Shown in pieces: positions 1-13,200 of a stretch of DNA of 64,000 bases (its first letter is position 1; every line of letters starts with the position of its first letter). This DNA comes from Camelus dromedarius. Its lineage: Eukaryota. The position numbers were made by a program, and so were the translations under genes. The notes below the pieces were generated by a model. That model searched no databases. It worked only from the letters and a program-made list of their open reading frames with translations, and was not told the origin of the DNA. The DNA is taken from contig NC_087436.1 of assembly GCF_036321535.1 (NCBI RefSeq), forward strand, positions 60,328,001 to 60,392,000. Direction: 5' to 3'.

Positions 1-1139
1 ATATCAGTGGGTAAAGCACTGCTGTCTGCATTTTGAGTGAATATGTTTCACGTGAATATTGCTTTCAGGTTTTTCTCAGGAAAAAGAGTGACTGAGAGAC
101 TCAAATTGGACACTATGAGAATTGATTTTTTAATGCCTTTTTAAGTCTCTTTGAAAATGAATAGGTCAATATAATTCCCCTTTGTTTATTAGGAAGACGG
201 CAGGCAGTCAGACCTTTGAGCAGAAACAACAGCAGAAATAAAGAGTTAAACAATGCCCTTTCTCTTGAGGAAGACTTAGTGAAGGTGAGGAAAATCACGA
301 TTTCTCTTGATTTCAAACAGTTTCTATCCCGGGAGAAGCTGGTGTTAAAGGACCTTTCTAAATGTTACAGTCGCTTGCATTCAAATTTGATCACACAGAT
401 GCTGGCTGTTTTGGGGGGGAAGTCATCCTCAGAAGTAATGTGTCAAGATTTTCCCTAAATGCCCAAGCCGAACATCAGCTGTGGCTAAGCTTTTACATTT
501 TTTCTTGCTGGATATGAAAATCTCTCAGCTCATGCCCGGAATTATCACCTTGTTACCTAAATCAATTTAAAGTAAAACTGGAAAAAATAAACGTCATCAG
601 AAATTGCATTACTGTGAATAAGGCTTGTCACACTGGATACAAAGAGATAACCAGTGCCCTATCAGGCCTATTTCCACTGGCTTAATCTTCTTAGAATTTG
701 GGGCCTCCGAGTCCACTCAAAACAGTTCTGCCCAAGAACAACCTAAGGGAAGCACTATAGCCGCCTTAATCCTGACAATTTTTATGCTAAGAATTTCTTC
801 AGTGAAAAGCACAATGTGCAAGAGACTGTAATGTCCATCTCTCGCAGATCCCAAAATAGAAAGCTGACTGCTTTCTAACTGCCCTGCATCTTCCTCTGGA
901 TTTTTCTCACAGCTTTTATTTCTTGGACCTCTGCTCCAAGAAAATATTTATTTCAAAATATATAAAATCTCCATCAGTACACCTTGAATTCCATGTTGAA
1001 ATATTTAGGTAGGCTTTACTGATTTTTACCAAGTTAGTAGAATTCTTGAATACTGTCTCCTGTCCTGGACGCTTTTTCTCTCTGACACTTTTTGGGTTCA
1101 CTATGTGTGTACTCCTATTAATTCTGATAGCAACCAGAT

Positions 1140-1265
1140 GGGGTACATATTATTTGCTGTATTTTTTGAGATAAGGGTTATTTAACTTACTTGAGGTCAC
1201 AGAGCTAAGAAATGGGGAAGCCAAGTTTGAGATCACATTGTCTGACTACAAGGCTGGGCTGTTTC
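1140..1265 (-). mobile_element. MIR SINE fragment
   Basis: Reverse-complement MIR core (taacttacttgaggtcacagagctaag...ccaagtttga...tctgactacaa). Confidence 0.6.
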
Positions 1266-2045
1266 CTATAATTAGGTTGCCATGCAGAAATTTAGGTGAC
1301 AGTTTCCATAAGCACTGGATTATAAAGAACCTAGTAACTGGATAGAGATTAGGAAAGTAGATTTATTAGGGAAATACCATTAGATGGTGCTCATGAATTT
1401 AAATTCAAATCAGTTGTCAAGATTGCATGTATCCAAGGAAACCATTTCACAAACAGAATTGTATGAACTTGGTATCTCATAGTGCCTACTAGAAAAAAGG
1501 TCACTTAGTAGCTGCTTAATAGCTGTATTATAATAGGTATGTTCTTAATATTTTAATTGTATAATAAAGTGCCACTCGTTTCTGTTCCCCCACCTATAAA
1601 CACTTGTCTGCCCGTATTCACCACTTATAACCCAATTCAGGAATGCATCTCTGTTCCCTCATATCTTCACTACATGTAGGTCTACCCCTTGTTAACTTAT
1701 CTCTAACTCTCTGAAGTAGCTGCAAAACCTAGAACTTCTATGCCAATCTAAAACTTGCTAAAAAACAGATCGTAAGGCATTGGCTTGACAGCTCCAGTTC
1801 CTGGTACAGAGCAGATACTTAATACACTTTTGTAGGGTTGTTTTGGCGATAGAGGTGCCTCACTCCAACCAGACTGCTAGGCAAGGAAAGATGAGCTAAT
1901 TCAACACTTAAATGTATTTTTTTTCCATAGCCAGTCAGATAATTGTGTTAAGGAAAAAATTTGGGGGTGCACTATTCTTATTTCATGAATATTAACAAAG
2001 AAAAGAAAAAAAATATGGGCAAAAGAAAAGATATAATAAAACCAC

Positions 2046-2700
2046 TGACACAGGAAAAAATGAGGCACAAGACAATGGCCATGTCCTGTCTCAGACAAGT
2101 TCCCTGGGACACTCCCCACCAAGGGAGGGTCCTTGGCTTTGCACAGGAAAGAATTTAAGAGCAAGCCATAGTTGAGTAAAGGTAGATTTATTCAGAGAGA
2201 TATACACTCCATAGACAGAGTATAGACCATCTCAGAAGGCAAGAGAAAGGACACAAGGTGTGGGGTTGGTTGCTTAGTTTAAAGTGAAAATAGATACACA
2301 CACCATACACAGAGTGCGGGCCATCTCAGAAGGCAAGGGAACCAGAGGCTGTGAGGTGTGGTGTTGCTAGTTTTTATGGTCTTGGTAGTTTCATATGCTA
2401 ACAAGGGGGAAGATTATTCCAACTACTTTGGGGAAGGGGCCGGGATTCCCAGGAATTGGGCCACTGCCCACTTTTTGACCTTTTATGATCAGCCTCAGAA
2501 CTGTCATGGTGCCTGTGGGAATGCCACCATGTTAATATATTACATTGAGCATATAATGAAGCTCAAGGTCTACTGTAGGTCGAATCTCTTGCCATCTTGG
2601 GCCTCAAGGTCTACTGGGAGTTGAATTTTCCACCATCTTGGTGCTAATTGCTGTGTTATTCCTTTAATGGTTGTGCCGCCTCCTCTTCCTTCCTGTCTCA
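2046..2700 (-). mobile_element. Solo ERV1 LTR, MER41-like (cetartiodactyl type)
   Basis: TG...CA termini with 9/10 terminal inverted repeat (tgacacagga / tcctgtctca). Perfect 4-bp TSD ccac at 2042-2045 and 2701-2704. Minus-strand AATAAA near 2187-2192. Internal duplicated blocks. Sequence resembles MER41_BT-type LTRs. Confidence 0.85.
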
Positions 2701-3449
2701 CCACCACATAAAAACTGAAATGTTACAGTAAGTGAAAACTGACCAAAGTAGTATATAAAGTTGTCAGTAACAAACACAGTACAAATTCATTTTCTCAGAA
2801 TAATAAGATGATATTTGCAATTTTAAAGCAAATATTTTTGTATCATCTTATATGGCTATATAATTGCTATTTGCTTTACCTATAAAATAGATTTACAACT
2901 TATCATGTTCAAGGTAATATTTATCAATTCTAAAATGATTAGTGTAGTCTAAGATTAAGTTTTCAAACTGTTCATTCCCCAGAGTCCTGGAGTCCAGAAG
3001 AAGGGGACAAAAAGGGAACTCCCACAAAAAGGCAGTTTGGAGGAGGGACATCAAGCTCTACATTCATGTTTCAAATGTGTCCTACACAGAAATCTACCCA
3101 AAAATGGTTTAGAAAAAATGGTTTTGCTTCTAGTATTTTAATTCAATTATGAAGGTTATATTGTCATAAAAATGTTATTCAATCCTTCCTAAACTCTTAG
3201 TACATTGCAATTCTCTTACAGATTTAAAAACCATTTGAGTTGTTGTTAGTGAATGTTTAATAAAATATTTGATAACATTTTGAGAATATTTAATGAATAT
3301 CAAACTGAGCCTGATATTTCTGAAAATATTACATAGTTCATGAATTATAGATGTTTCCAAATATGCATATTCATCATCTGCTAAATCTTAGAATTTAACA
3401 GATTGTATTAATAAGGCATCAAGCTATATGTTGTCTATGCAATGACAGT

Positions 3450-4090
3450 TGAACATGATGGTTAAGAGCCCATGCTCTGTAAAGCCAGTTACTTTTGGTT
3501 GTAATGAGTGATTTGATGTGTTGACTTGATGGACCATGGGGTACTCAGGTTAAACATTACTTCTGGGTGTTTCTGTGAGGGTGTTTCTGAATGAGATTAG
3601 CATGTGGATCAGTGGACTCAGTAAATTGCCGTCCCCAATGTAGGTGGGCATCATCCAATCTGCTGAGTGCCTGAATAAACAAAAAGTGAAAGAAGGAGAA
3701 ATTTGCCCCTTGTTTTTCTGCTTCAGTGCATGAGCTAGAACATCTCATCGCACCTTCTTTTGCCCTTGGACTGGGACTTATACAACATTGGTTCCCCTGG
3801 TTCCCAGGACTTTGGATTTACACCAAATTACACCACCACATTTCCTAGGCCTCCAGCTTGTGGACAGCAGATCTTGGGACTTACCAGCTTCCGTAATTGT
3901 GTGAGCCAATTCCTCATAACAGACCTCCATATATTTCTCTCTTCTATTGGTTCCGTTTCCCTGGATAACCTTGGCTAATACATTGGTCAAGTTACGTAAT
4001 CTTTCTATGTCTTACTTTACTCCTCTATAAAATGGTAATAATAAAACACTCCCCATATAGGTTTGTTGAAAGATTCAATAAGAGAACAGA
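3450..4090 (+). mobile_element. MIR SINE split by an MLT2 LTR (pieces ~3450-3499 and ~3988-4090)
   Basis: 5' piece gatggttaagagc...; 3' piece caagttacgtaatctttctatgtct...ctataaaatggtaataata...ataggtttgttgaaagatt continues the MIR consensus. Confidence 0.7.
3500..3982 (+). mobile_element. Solo ERVL LTR, MLT2 family
   Basis: Starts tgtaatg..., ends ...ctaataca. Typical MLT2 motifs (gtgagggtgtttctgaatgagattagcat, gggcatcatccaatc, gtgagccaattcctcataa). Perfect 5-bp TSD ttggt at 3495-3499 and 3983-3987. Confidence 0.9.
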
Positions 4091-6377
4091 TGTAAATCAT
4101 TATTAGAATTTAATGTTTTACTCAGAACAGTGTCTTGAAAGCATAATATCCATCATTTTGAGAGTGTTTGCTATTTGTTAGGTAGGTAGGTGTTAGCTGT
4201 TTTATCATTATTTGTTTATTTATTCAAAAGAAAATGATGACACTGTGATCATTTACTTGTCAATCACCACTGGCAGTAGGGTATTAAACAGTGTTAGAGC
4301 AATCAGGCACTTATGAGATTACAAGTAATGTAACAAGGTCTTTTAGTGATAAGGAATGCTTAGCTGAAGGCTTGTGATTATTAGTCATTTAATAATAAAC
4401 TTTCATGTGCTTTGGTTCTAATTTACTTTATCCTTTAAGAAAATAAAATATATAGGAAATTTCTCTTAAAAATAAAAAACTCACCTTTGTATGAAATTGG
4501 GGGAAATTTTTAGATAACAGGTCAGTTGTCTTCCATTTAGTTGAATGAAGGTGATTTTGCTTTATAGGATCAGCATTTTGCTCCTCATGGTAAATAATAT
4601 GGCAATTTTGGGACATCTATCTCAACCAGAATTATTATCTCATTAGTTTTTACAATTTCTGCAAGAAAGTCAACATTATCAACTTTCATAATAAGGAAAT
4701 CATATGGCAAAAAGTCTTAGTAATCTGTCTGTTATTTCAAATCAAACAGAGAGGCAGAGACTTTAATTCCAGTAAGGTGGTTATACTCTTATCACTTTAT
4801 AAATATTACAAACTAATAATTACTTTTCTTCTTGGAAACCTAGTATCAACGTATGTGTAGGTCATCAAAAAGAAATGATATGTTGTTTACACTCCAACCT
4901 GTAAATTGTTCTCCTTTTTTCATTGCATGTCTGCCTATCTATCCACCTAGCTATATATCTATTTATCTTTCAATATTTCTAGTAGCAATATTTTCATTTT
5001 TTTCTTACTTAAAATTGTAAATCTGAATATGTTAAAGACTTGATTTTAATTTATATTTGTTTGTAGTATTTTATATTACTTCTTTGCCTTTTCCAAAAAC
5101 AAACAATATTTTTGGTACATTTTTATTTGCTTCCTTCTGTATTCAACTCAACCTGAAACCATTCCATGCTGTAATTTTCTAAATCATTCCAAGTATGTCA
5201 AAACTTCTGCCTAATACACCTCATATAAAACTTCCTTTTATTGAGAAATAAGGGGTTTTCAGCTTTCCCTTTACAAACTGTTTCTGTTTTCATATATAGA
5301 AGTATGTTTTTAGGTAAATTTTTTGTTTGCATTCTTAGCAGAGTTGGATGGATGTTAAGATGGGGATTATTTTTGAAGTGCCCCTAATTAAGGTTACTAG
5401 ACAGACTTAGTGCTTCTGTGGGTGCATATGAAGCCAAGGACAAAGATATAAATGCAATGAGATGGAAACAAATAGACCAATGTATTTTTATCCTTCTTTT
5501 GCCATCCTCCCTTTCTCCACACCCTTCAGAAGCTGAAAATGGTTGAGTAAATGATAAAGCAAAACACAATGTTCTACTTAATTTAAACAGAATTTTCCTG
5601 GGATATTGAAATCACAGCTTTCTCATTATTTCATACCAACCACTAAGAGCTATCAGACATACTTGAATGTTCATTAAGAATTCTGAATCACCCATCAATG
5701 GTGTTTTAAAGCACAACCTCTGCTTTTTACTGCTATGTTACGAGAGAATAGGAACTCTGTCTGGTTTGCTCACATTTTATAGACTCATCACAGCCATTCA
5801 AAGAGATTTTTCATGATGATGATGACGTGTATTCTCTTCTTTATGTGCTTCATGCTTTTACTACCAGTCACGTGCATTCTTCCCTTCAAAGAACTGTGTG
5901 GTGTTGAAAACTGTTACTGAAAACCTAAACCCACTTGACCCAACCCTCTTAACACAAAAGAGTGTCTTTCAATGAAGGCTAAGTATTTAATAATAAATAA
6001 GGATAGAAAAGGGAAAACACTGCTGCTTTATTGGCCGTATGTATTCATGTGCATAACTACATATGAATGAGAGTAGAAGACAGTCTTGTTTCCCTTTGGA
6101 TAAAACAGGAGAAAATGTCCTTACATTTTCTCTCTCCTTCCAGCACTTTTTTCATTACTCACTATATGGAGGTTAAGGTAAAGGGAAACAGTAAAACATA
6201 CACTCTCTGTGTACAGGTTACTTTGAGTTTCTAAATTTTATTTTGTGTAATTCATAAGGCTCCTTTTTTTAAGTTGAATATAAATTTATTATGTAAATTA
6301 TTGTTTATTGTAGTATTTAATTCAGGGACATGTCCTAATAAATACTTTTTAATTTTATTCTTCTATGGTTTTAAATT

Positions 6378-6380
<3 letters not shown>

Positions 6381-6423
<43 letters not shown>
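6381..6423. repeat. (AC)n microsatellite, ~21 units
   Basis: Uninterrupted acacac run. Confidence 0.98.
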
Positions 6424-6425
<2 letters not shown>

Positions 6426-6859
6426 ATTCCTTGATGTTTAGCACATTTAACTGGAATTTGAGCATGAAATAAAAATATTTAAATTGTTGAAAATAAAAGT
6501 CTTAGAAATTATAGTCATGTAGTCTTAAGAAATTTGAAATTATTTTAACTAATATGATCTTGAATCAATTGAATTGTATATTTGATTAATTATTTGGTTA
6601 AAGAAAAACAGTCTAAATAATCACTAGGGAGATAACATTTTAGGCTTTCATATTGGCAGATAGCATACTGACTGATTTATAAAATTAACCTGATAAAAGC
6701 AAATTAGAAAATGCAGATGGCATTCAACTGAAGATGAAATCTCAAGAGTTTGGAATTGGGGTGGCCATGAGCCATTTGGTTTTAAAAATTTATTTTCAGA
6801 CTTTTTTACTATAAATTTTTGTTATAATAAACCTGGTTGGAGGGTTAAAACTACTTTTA

Positions 6860-7784
6860 GACTTCTGGTTTTCATTTTCCCATGTAAGGAGCTTGGAAGT
6901 TGTCACTGTGTCCCAAAAAGAAGTAAAAAGCTGAACAAACTGACAACTCAACATCTCTGCTTAGATCTGTCGGAGAAATGAGGTCTCAGGGCAAACTGCT
7001 GCCTCCGAAATTGGAGAGACAGACAGGCTGGATACAGAAAAGCAGAACTTATTGGAGAAGAAATATCCAAGTGAAAACCTTTGCAGGAACCAATTCTGGG
7101 GTAGAAAAATCTAAACTATAGTTGATGAATTGTTGGGGGCTCAGATTAGACAAGTCTATGGGTTAAAAACACCACTGGGACCCAGTCATAGGAGAGTCCT
7201 CACACGTTTGTAAACTTAGTTCCAGGAACTCTCCTTGATTCTCACAGTGATGAGTGGAGAAAAATTCCCTCATGTTTCTGGCAGGAGAAAGGTAAAAGAA
7301 ACAATTTTGAAATACACCAGAGCATGGTGTTCTTCTTAACAAGACCAGCCCACACAAAACTATTTTACCAGAGCCTAACCTATTGGAATTTCATCAGAAA
7401 CCAACTGACCTGGAGTAAGAGAAATACTCAACTCGAGCCCTCTTCAGCTTTCCAATGGGGAAAGGGAAATACCCAGTTTCACCCACTTCTAGTCTTCCTG
7501 TCCCACGTAAGGCAGCAAAAAACAAAACAAAACAAACAAAACAAAACAACCTAAACAAGAAGCACTTGTTCACAGACCAGGGGTACAGGCTAACTAGAAG
7601 GCTGCAAACTAATCACAGGACTTGTAGAATTCTTCCTCTCCCCTATACCTTACCATCATATCACTAAAGCCTATTTACTGCCATTCTCTTTACCCAGTAT
7701 ATCATGTCAGGCTATCAAGAAAAAGATTACAGGTCATATGATAAGGCAAAAAACTGTTTGAATAAACTGAGCTAGCATCAGAAC
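6860..7784 (+). mobile_element. Old L1 (L1M-type) 5' region fragment
   Basis: Resembles ancient L1M 5' ends (aaaaagctgaacaaactga...cttagatctgtcggagaaatgaggtc.cagggcaaactgc; ends ...gcatcagaacca) and directly abuts an L1 ORF2 fragment. Confidence 0.6.
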
Positions 7785-8466
7785 CAAGGTTGCAGTATAC
7801 AAGGTTAAAAGTCAATCATTTTCTTATATACTAGCAATGAAAATGTGGAATTTGAGATTAAAAACACAGTATCATTTATATTAGCACCAAAATTTGAAAT
7901 ATTTAGGTATAAATCTAGCAAAATATGTATAAGATCTATATGAGGAAAATTGTAAAACTCTGACAAAATACATCAGAAGGGACTAAGTAACTAAAGAGAT
8001 GTTCCATATTCATGGATGGAAAGACTCAATATTGTTAAAATGACAATTCTTACCAAATTGATCTATAGGTTCAATACAATCCCAATTAAAATTCCAGCAA
8101 GTTATTTTGTGGATATTGATAAACTGAATCTAAAGTTTATATGGAAAAGTAAAAGGTCCCCCAACAAAAGCCATTTAATATTGAAGAAGAAAAACAAATC
8201 TGGAGCACTGATACTACCATACTTCAAGGCTTACTATAAAACTACAGTATTCAGGGCTTAGTATAAAACTAGTGTGGTCTTGGTGAAAGAATAGACAGAT
8301 AGATCAGTGGAACAGAATAGAGAGCCAAGAAACAAATCCACAGAAATTTAGTTAACTGATCTTTGACCAAGGAGAAAGTCAATACTATAGAAAACAGATA
8401 GTGTTTAACAAGGGATGCTGGAGTAACTGGACATACACATGCAAAAATAAAAATGAATGTAGACAC
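7785..8466 (+). mobile_element. Old L1 ORF2 fragment (degenerate)
   Basis: ORF 8016-8261 ([38 protein letters not shown]...ILKKKNK.G.L.LP.FK.YYK.TV) is L1 ORF2p sequence; flanked by stops and frameshifts. Confidence 0.92.
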
Positions 8467-8644
8467 TCTCTAGAACATACTTAACTCTCAAATGTTCGGT
8501 ATTTACATCAGCTTAGTAAAAACTAGTAACAGGAAAACTCTGTGGCCATATGTTTACATATTGTATTGAAGATTTTCATTGATAGAAAAATAAGCTAATA
8601 TAACCAACATTTTATCTTATTTTCAATACACTTAATGAATAGAT

Positions 8645-8820
8645 CACAGATCAGCCATGTATTTGCAAATAAAGTTTTATTGGAACACAGTCATGTCCAT
8701 TCATTTATATATTATAGTTTTAAACTAAAATGGCAGAGTTAAATAGTTCAGGCAGCGACCACATGGCTAGCAGAGCCTAAAATATTTACTATTTGGCCCT
8801 TTTCAGAAAAAAAAAGTTTA
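8645..8820 (+). mobile_element. MER58A-like hAT-Charlie MITE fragment
   Basis: aaataaagttttattggaacacag...ggcagagtt...gcctaaaatatttactatttggcccttttcagaaaaa.gttt matches MER58A as recalled. Confidence 0.8.
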
Positions 8821-9094
8821 TAATACATTTTTATTTGAAAATCTTGTTGTCTTCCACTGAAGAGTGAGCAAGTCATGGATGGTTCAACCAATGCAGTATT
8901 TTCCCCTCCTTAATTTTCTTTATAACATTGAGAATTCCACACTTCATCTCAGAAATGTTTATGATGAGTTTGAAGAGTAATCTCAATAGGCAGAATATGA
9001 GCTAAATTTTGCAAACTGCATAACCTATACTGAGAATGAGGAAGGGAGAGGTATGGAAAAGTCTATACTTGCTATATTTAACTTACATAATAAT

Positions 9095-9245
9095 ATATTG
9101 TCCTACTGTTAAAGATAAACACATTGAGACCTAGAGAGGATATGTAACATAAAATGCAAAATGCCATGCAACTGATCAGTGGCAGAGCCAGGATTCAGAC
9201 CCAGGTTCCTCAGTTTCATAGCTTGCACCCTCACTTCCATATCAT
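9095..9245 (-). mobile_element. MIR SINE fragment
   Basis: agtggcagagccaggattcagacccagg is the reverse-complement MIR core. Confidence 0.7.
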
Positions 9246-10854
9246 GCAACCCCCTGCATCTAACACATGTAGGGAGATAGCACAGTACTTGTTGGTGCCA
9301 AGTGGTTGTGGGTCTAGGTCCATGAAGACTATCATAATTCCAGTGAAAAATTTATTATTCAACCTTTATATAGCAGGAGATGAGCTGGAAAGGGGATGTT
9401 CTTGTGTGGTTTTCCAGCATTTCTGTGAACTAACAAGGGGGGAACTCAACCCTCTAGGAATAATTAGAAAATAGAATCTCTTCTCTTCTCACAACTCTTC
9501 TTTCTTACTTTTCCAGGGAAAATAGGTGCCTCTTCAGCTTTTTCTAGTGTCTGTTTTTCACATTGGCTTCTTTGTAGGGAGTACAAAATCTTTTCCTGCT
9601 TCTTTCCCTAAAGATGTCCTCTTGGGAAAAGCAGCATCATACAACTGCTCTGAGTGTGACTGGGGTGTTAGTTCAATTGGGGGAGGGGCTTACAAACAGC
9701 AGGTTGAAGTACATTCACTACTTTGACTTTGTCACCATTCTCTCCCTAATTTGGAGGAAATTAGGATGTAATCTAACTGCCCACTCAAAACTCTAGAGTC
9801 AAAGACATTACCACATGTACTTTTTGTCACAGAAGTGCTACTTTCAGTTCTTAGACAGGTAATCTGCTCTTATTGAGTCACAGGATCTTATGACTGTAAT
9901 GGGGATCTTAGAAGGCATTTAGTTTAATCTTCCTTGCAGTGCATAATTTTACAGTTCTTATCTACTTAAATCAGGAAATTTATGTATGTTTCCCATAAAA
10001 CTGTTCTACAATAAAAAAAGTTATCAAACATTTACTCTGCTCATAAAGTCACAGTTCTTGAAGCTTTGCAAAATTATGATCACCCTAAATGTGCAACATT
10101 CTAACTATGGTATTAGAAACCAGCTTTGAATCCTATTGAGGCAGGAAGGGTAAGCACAACAAACAAGAATTGTATATATTTATTGCACTGCTCTTTGAAA
10201 TCCCAATTTTCAAGTACATTTTTGAAGCAAAAACTAAAAACAAAAACATGAAAGAAACAAAAAAAAAAAAAAATGAAGGAGGCAACTTGAAGTGGCAAAG
10301 TCTTAAAAGTCTATCCTCATGGCTCCTGTGTCTCCCAGGAATCTTCTTTGGCTCACAGGTTACTCTGCCGATAGAAAGTCTTCAGTGATCAATGCTGGTT
10401 TATTGACAGAGCCAGCATCACGGGCATGTGACCTAGGCAGTTTCATTTAGTTTAATACTTATCTGTCTCCACCTCAAAACTGTTAACAATTTTTGAACAG
10501 GGAACTCCATACTTTCATTTTGCATTGGGCACCACGAATTAATGCAGCTGGTCCTGGTTCTTGCTAATATAGATGTTTGCTCTATATTAACATTACTCAA
10601 ATAACATGGAATGTGTTTGTATGTGTGTTTTGTTTTTAGAACAAGTAAGTGACTTTTTAAACCAATTCCAAACGAAAACATAACAAACAATTAAATTACA
10701 CTAGCAGTGAATATGTTTTGTGTGTGTTTTGGTTGGGTTTTAGTTCATTGCAATTCTAAATCTTCTTTGAAAAAGCAAAAATAGAAAAAATCTTTTCCAC
10801 TGAGTTCAGACACATAAAAGAAGAGCATAGATTCATTTTCAAAACTGAAACGAA

Positions 10855-11070
10855 TGAAGTTCTGGAGCTATAATACTTATGTCCAAATCCAGGGTAAATC
10901 ATTTCTAAGCTATGTGATTTTGGGTAAATTAGTTAAATTCTCTGTGTCTCAATTTTCCCATCAATGAATACAGATAATAATAATACTTATTTTGGTGGGG
11001 TTATTTGGGGGAAAATGAGATATATGTAAAACAGCACAGTATTTGGCAAAGAGAAAAAGCTTACTACTGA
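10855..11070 (+). mobile_element. MIR SINE
   Basis: agctatgtgattttgggtaaattagttaaattctctgtgtctcaattttcccatc...gataataataatac is the MIR core. Confidence 0.8.
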
Positions 11071-12994
11071 GATACTACTATTCCCAAATGCCCAAAGTTC
11101 TCTAATATAGTGCTTTATATGTGCTAAAATAAATAGTAAGAAAAACTAAAAAGATATTGAGATGTAGCCAAGGACAACTTTTCATTGACAAAGATTCTAT
11201 AATTGATACTTATTCTTTCAATAGTGATTCAGTAAATAGGGACCTTAGAATATTGACATTTTTATTGCCTATAAAGCCCTTGGTTTTTCTTAAAAGAAAG
11301 GTATACATAATTTTTTAGACATCAGACAATATTATTTATCTCCTTTAAGTAATTTCCATTCATTTTTAAAGCATCAACAAATAGAGAGGATATAAAAAAT
11401 AACCCCCAAACTTGATCCAAGTGATATTTTTAGACATCAAATTTAAAAGGTTGACTCGGATATATAATTAAAGATTGAAACATGTTTGTGTGTGGCCTGA
11501 ATCTACTCTGTACAAAATAAAAACAACTTAAAACCCTGCACTAGGAAATATCAAGAAGTTTCCTACCCACTTGATAAAAAGTGCTGGAGGACTAGTGATC
11601 AGCGGACCTTTCTGCGTGGGTATGAGATTTGATACAAAGGCTTTGAAAGCACGAAGCCTCCAAGGCAAATGAGAATAATAATCAGAATCCCAATCATAAG
11701 CCTAGTAACACAGGGGTGATTAAATGTCACTCTCTGGGGAAGAAATAGATTGATTCTGTTTCATAAAGGGGAAAAAACCCTACATCTTCCTCAACTATGG
11801 CATTAAAGATATGGCTAAAGTTAGGTTTCAAGCGGAGACTGGTAAATTGAAGAGAGATAATTAACTGCTTCTCTGAGGTGTGAGCCCTTACCACATGCAG
11901 TGGTGGCTGTATTGACTGAGCATCTAATTTGGTATCAGCACATTTTAGCTTCTGAATAGACGTGGTCTTCCTTTTGTTTCCAACGTGCTAGCAACCACCT
12001 AATTAGATTCTGTCCTCACACCTCCCATCATCACTACGAAAAGGGCCCTTCTGTCAAGCTCGATATACTATCTTTTAATAGCAGACCTCTGTGGACTGGC
12101 AACTTTCTGGTGGCCATCAGAAAGGTAGCCAATGCTGGGGACCTCCCTGTGTCTTCTCTGCCTTTAGCCAGCTCCATTTCTTTAACTCTAATAAATTGGT
12201 TAAAAAAAAATTCTTGTCAGGGGTTGCAGTACTTTCTCTTCCGTGAGTGTACAAAGTGCTCCGAAAGTCACCAAATAGGGGATGTTAAAGGCTGAAATTC
12301 AGTATTTATTTACATATTTATCACAAGCCTATTCTCATCTGTATTTTTCTCATTTGACCATTGTTTAGGAAGGAAAGTATTGAACTGATCATTTATTCAT
12401 GTTATCTCTTGTAAGGATTTTTATCACATTGTAATTATAACATATATATTGTACTATTTAGTCATTAACACAAAATCATTCCCATAGAGGTAACCAAATA
12501 TCCACTTCAGTATAAACAGGTTTAGTTTACACCACGGCAGATTTGAGATAGGACAGAAATAAATATATATCCACAGTATCCACCCACTTCAAAGGTGAGC
12601 AATACCTCAAAATAATATGAATAATTTAAAAAGCTACTCAGGTAAAGTATTCTTTTTTCAGCTCCTTCAGGCGAAGGTATTAGTCGACTTGACTTAATCA
12701 CTTTGGGTTGTTGATTCACACAACCTGAGGTCAAAAAGAAAACATGAACAATCATAACTTAAAAATTAATGTATTGGTTAGAATGATAAATGCACTCATT
12801 TAATTGGTACAGTATCGATGTTACGTCAGTTCTCTTTCTCTATTTCAGGATGAGTCAGTCATATAGTGGAAAATCCCCGTAGTTTCATACCTTAAGGAAC
12901 CACATGTTTCTTGTTTCTCCACACTTCCTTATTGCCGAAGGAGAAGTTGATTGCTGCACATTTGAGAATGTCTGTACGAGCCCAAGTGGTACAA

Positions 12995-13200
12995 GTTTTA
13001 AATAATTTGTATTTACACTACCCATTTAAGCAAGGCTGTAAAAATATGAACCAGGTTTTGCTGTTGTTCTGTTCTTTTGGAAATAAAGTAAACTGAGACT
13101 TACAGAAAGATGACTGGTTGGGCCAATTCCACACTGTAAATTATAAAAAATTAGGAGCACTGAGTCCTGGTCAAATACCTTTTCCTTTAGGCCTTAGTGC
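12995..13200 (-). mobile_element. MIR (MIR3/MIRc-like) fragment
   Basis: ttttggaaataaagtaaactgagacttacagaaagatgact...ccaattccacactg resembles the reverse MIR core. Confidence 0.5.

Noticed and set aside
1377..1391. Second CTCF-like motif ccattagatggtgct
   Set aside because: Two mismatches in the core; too weak without binding data.
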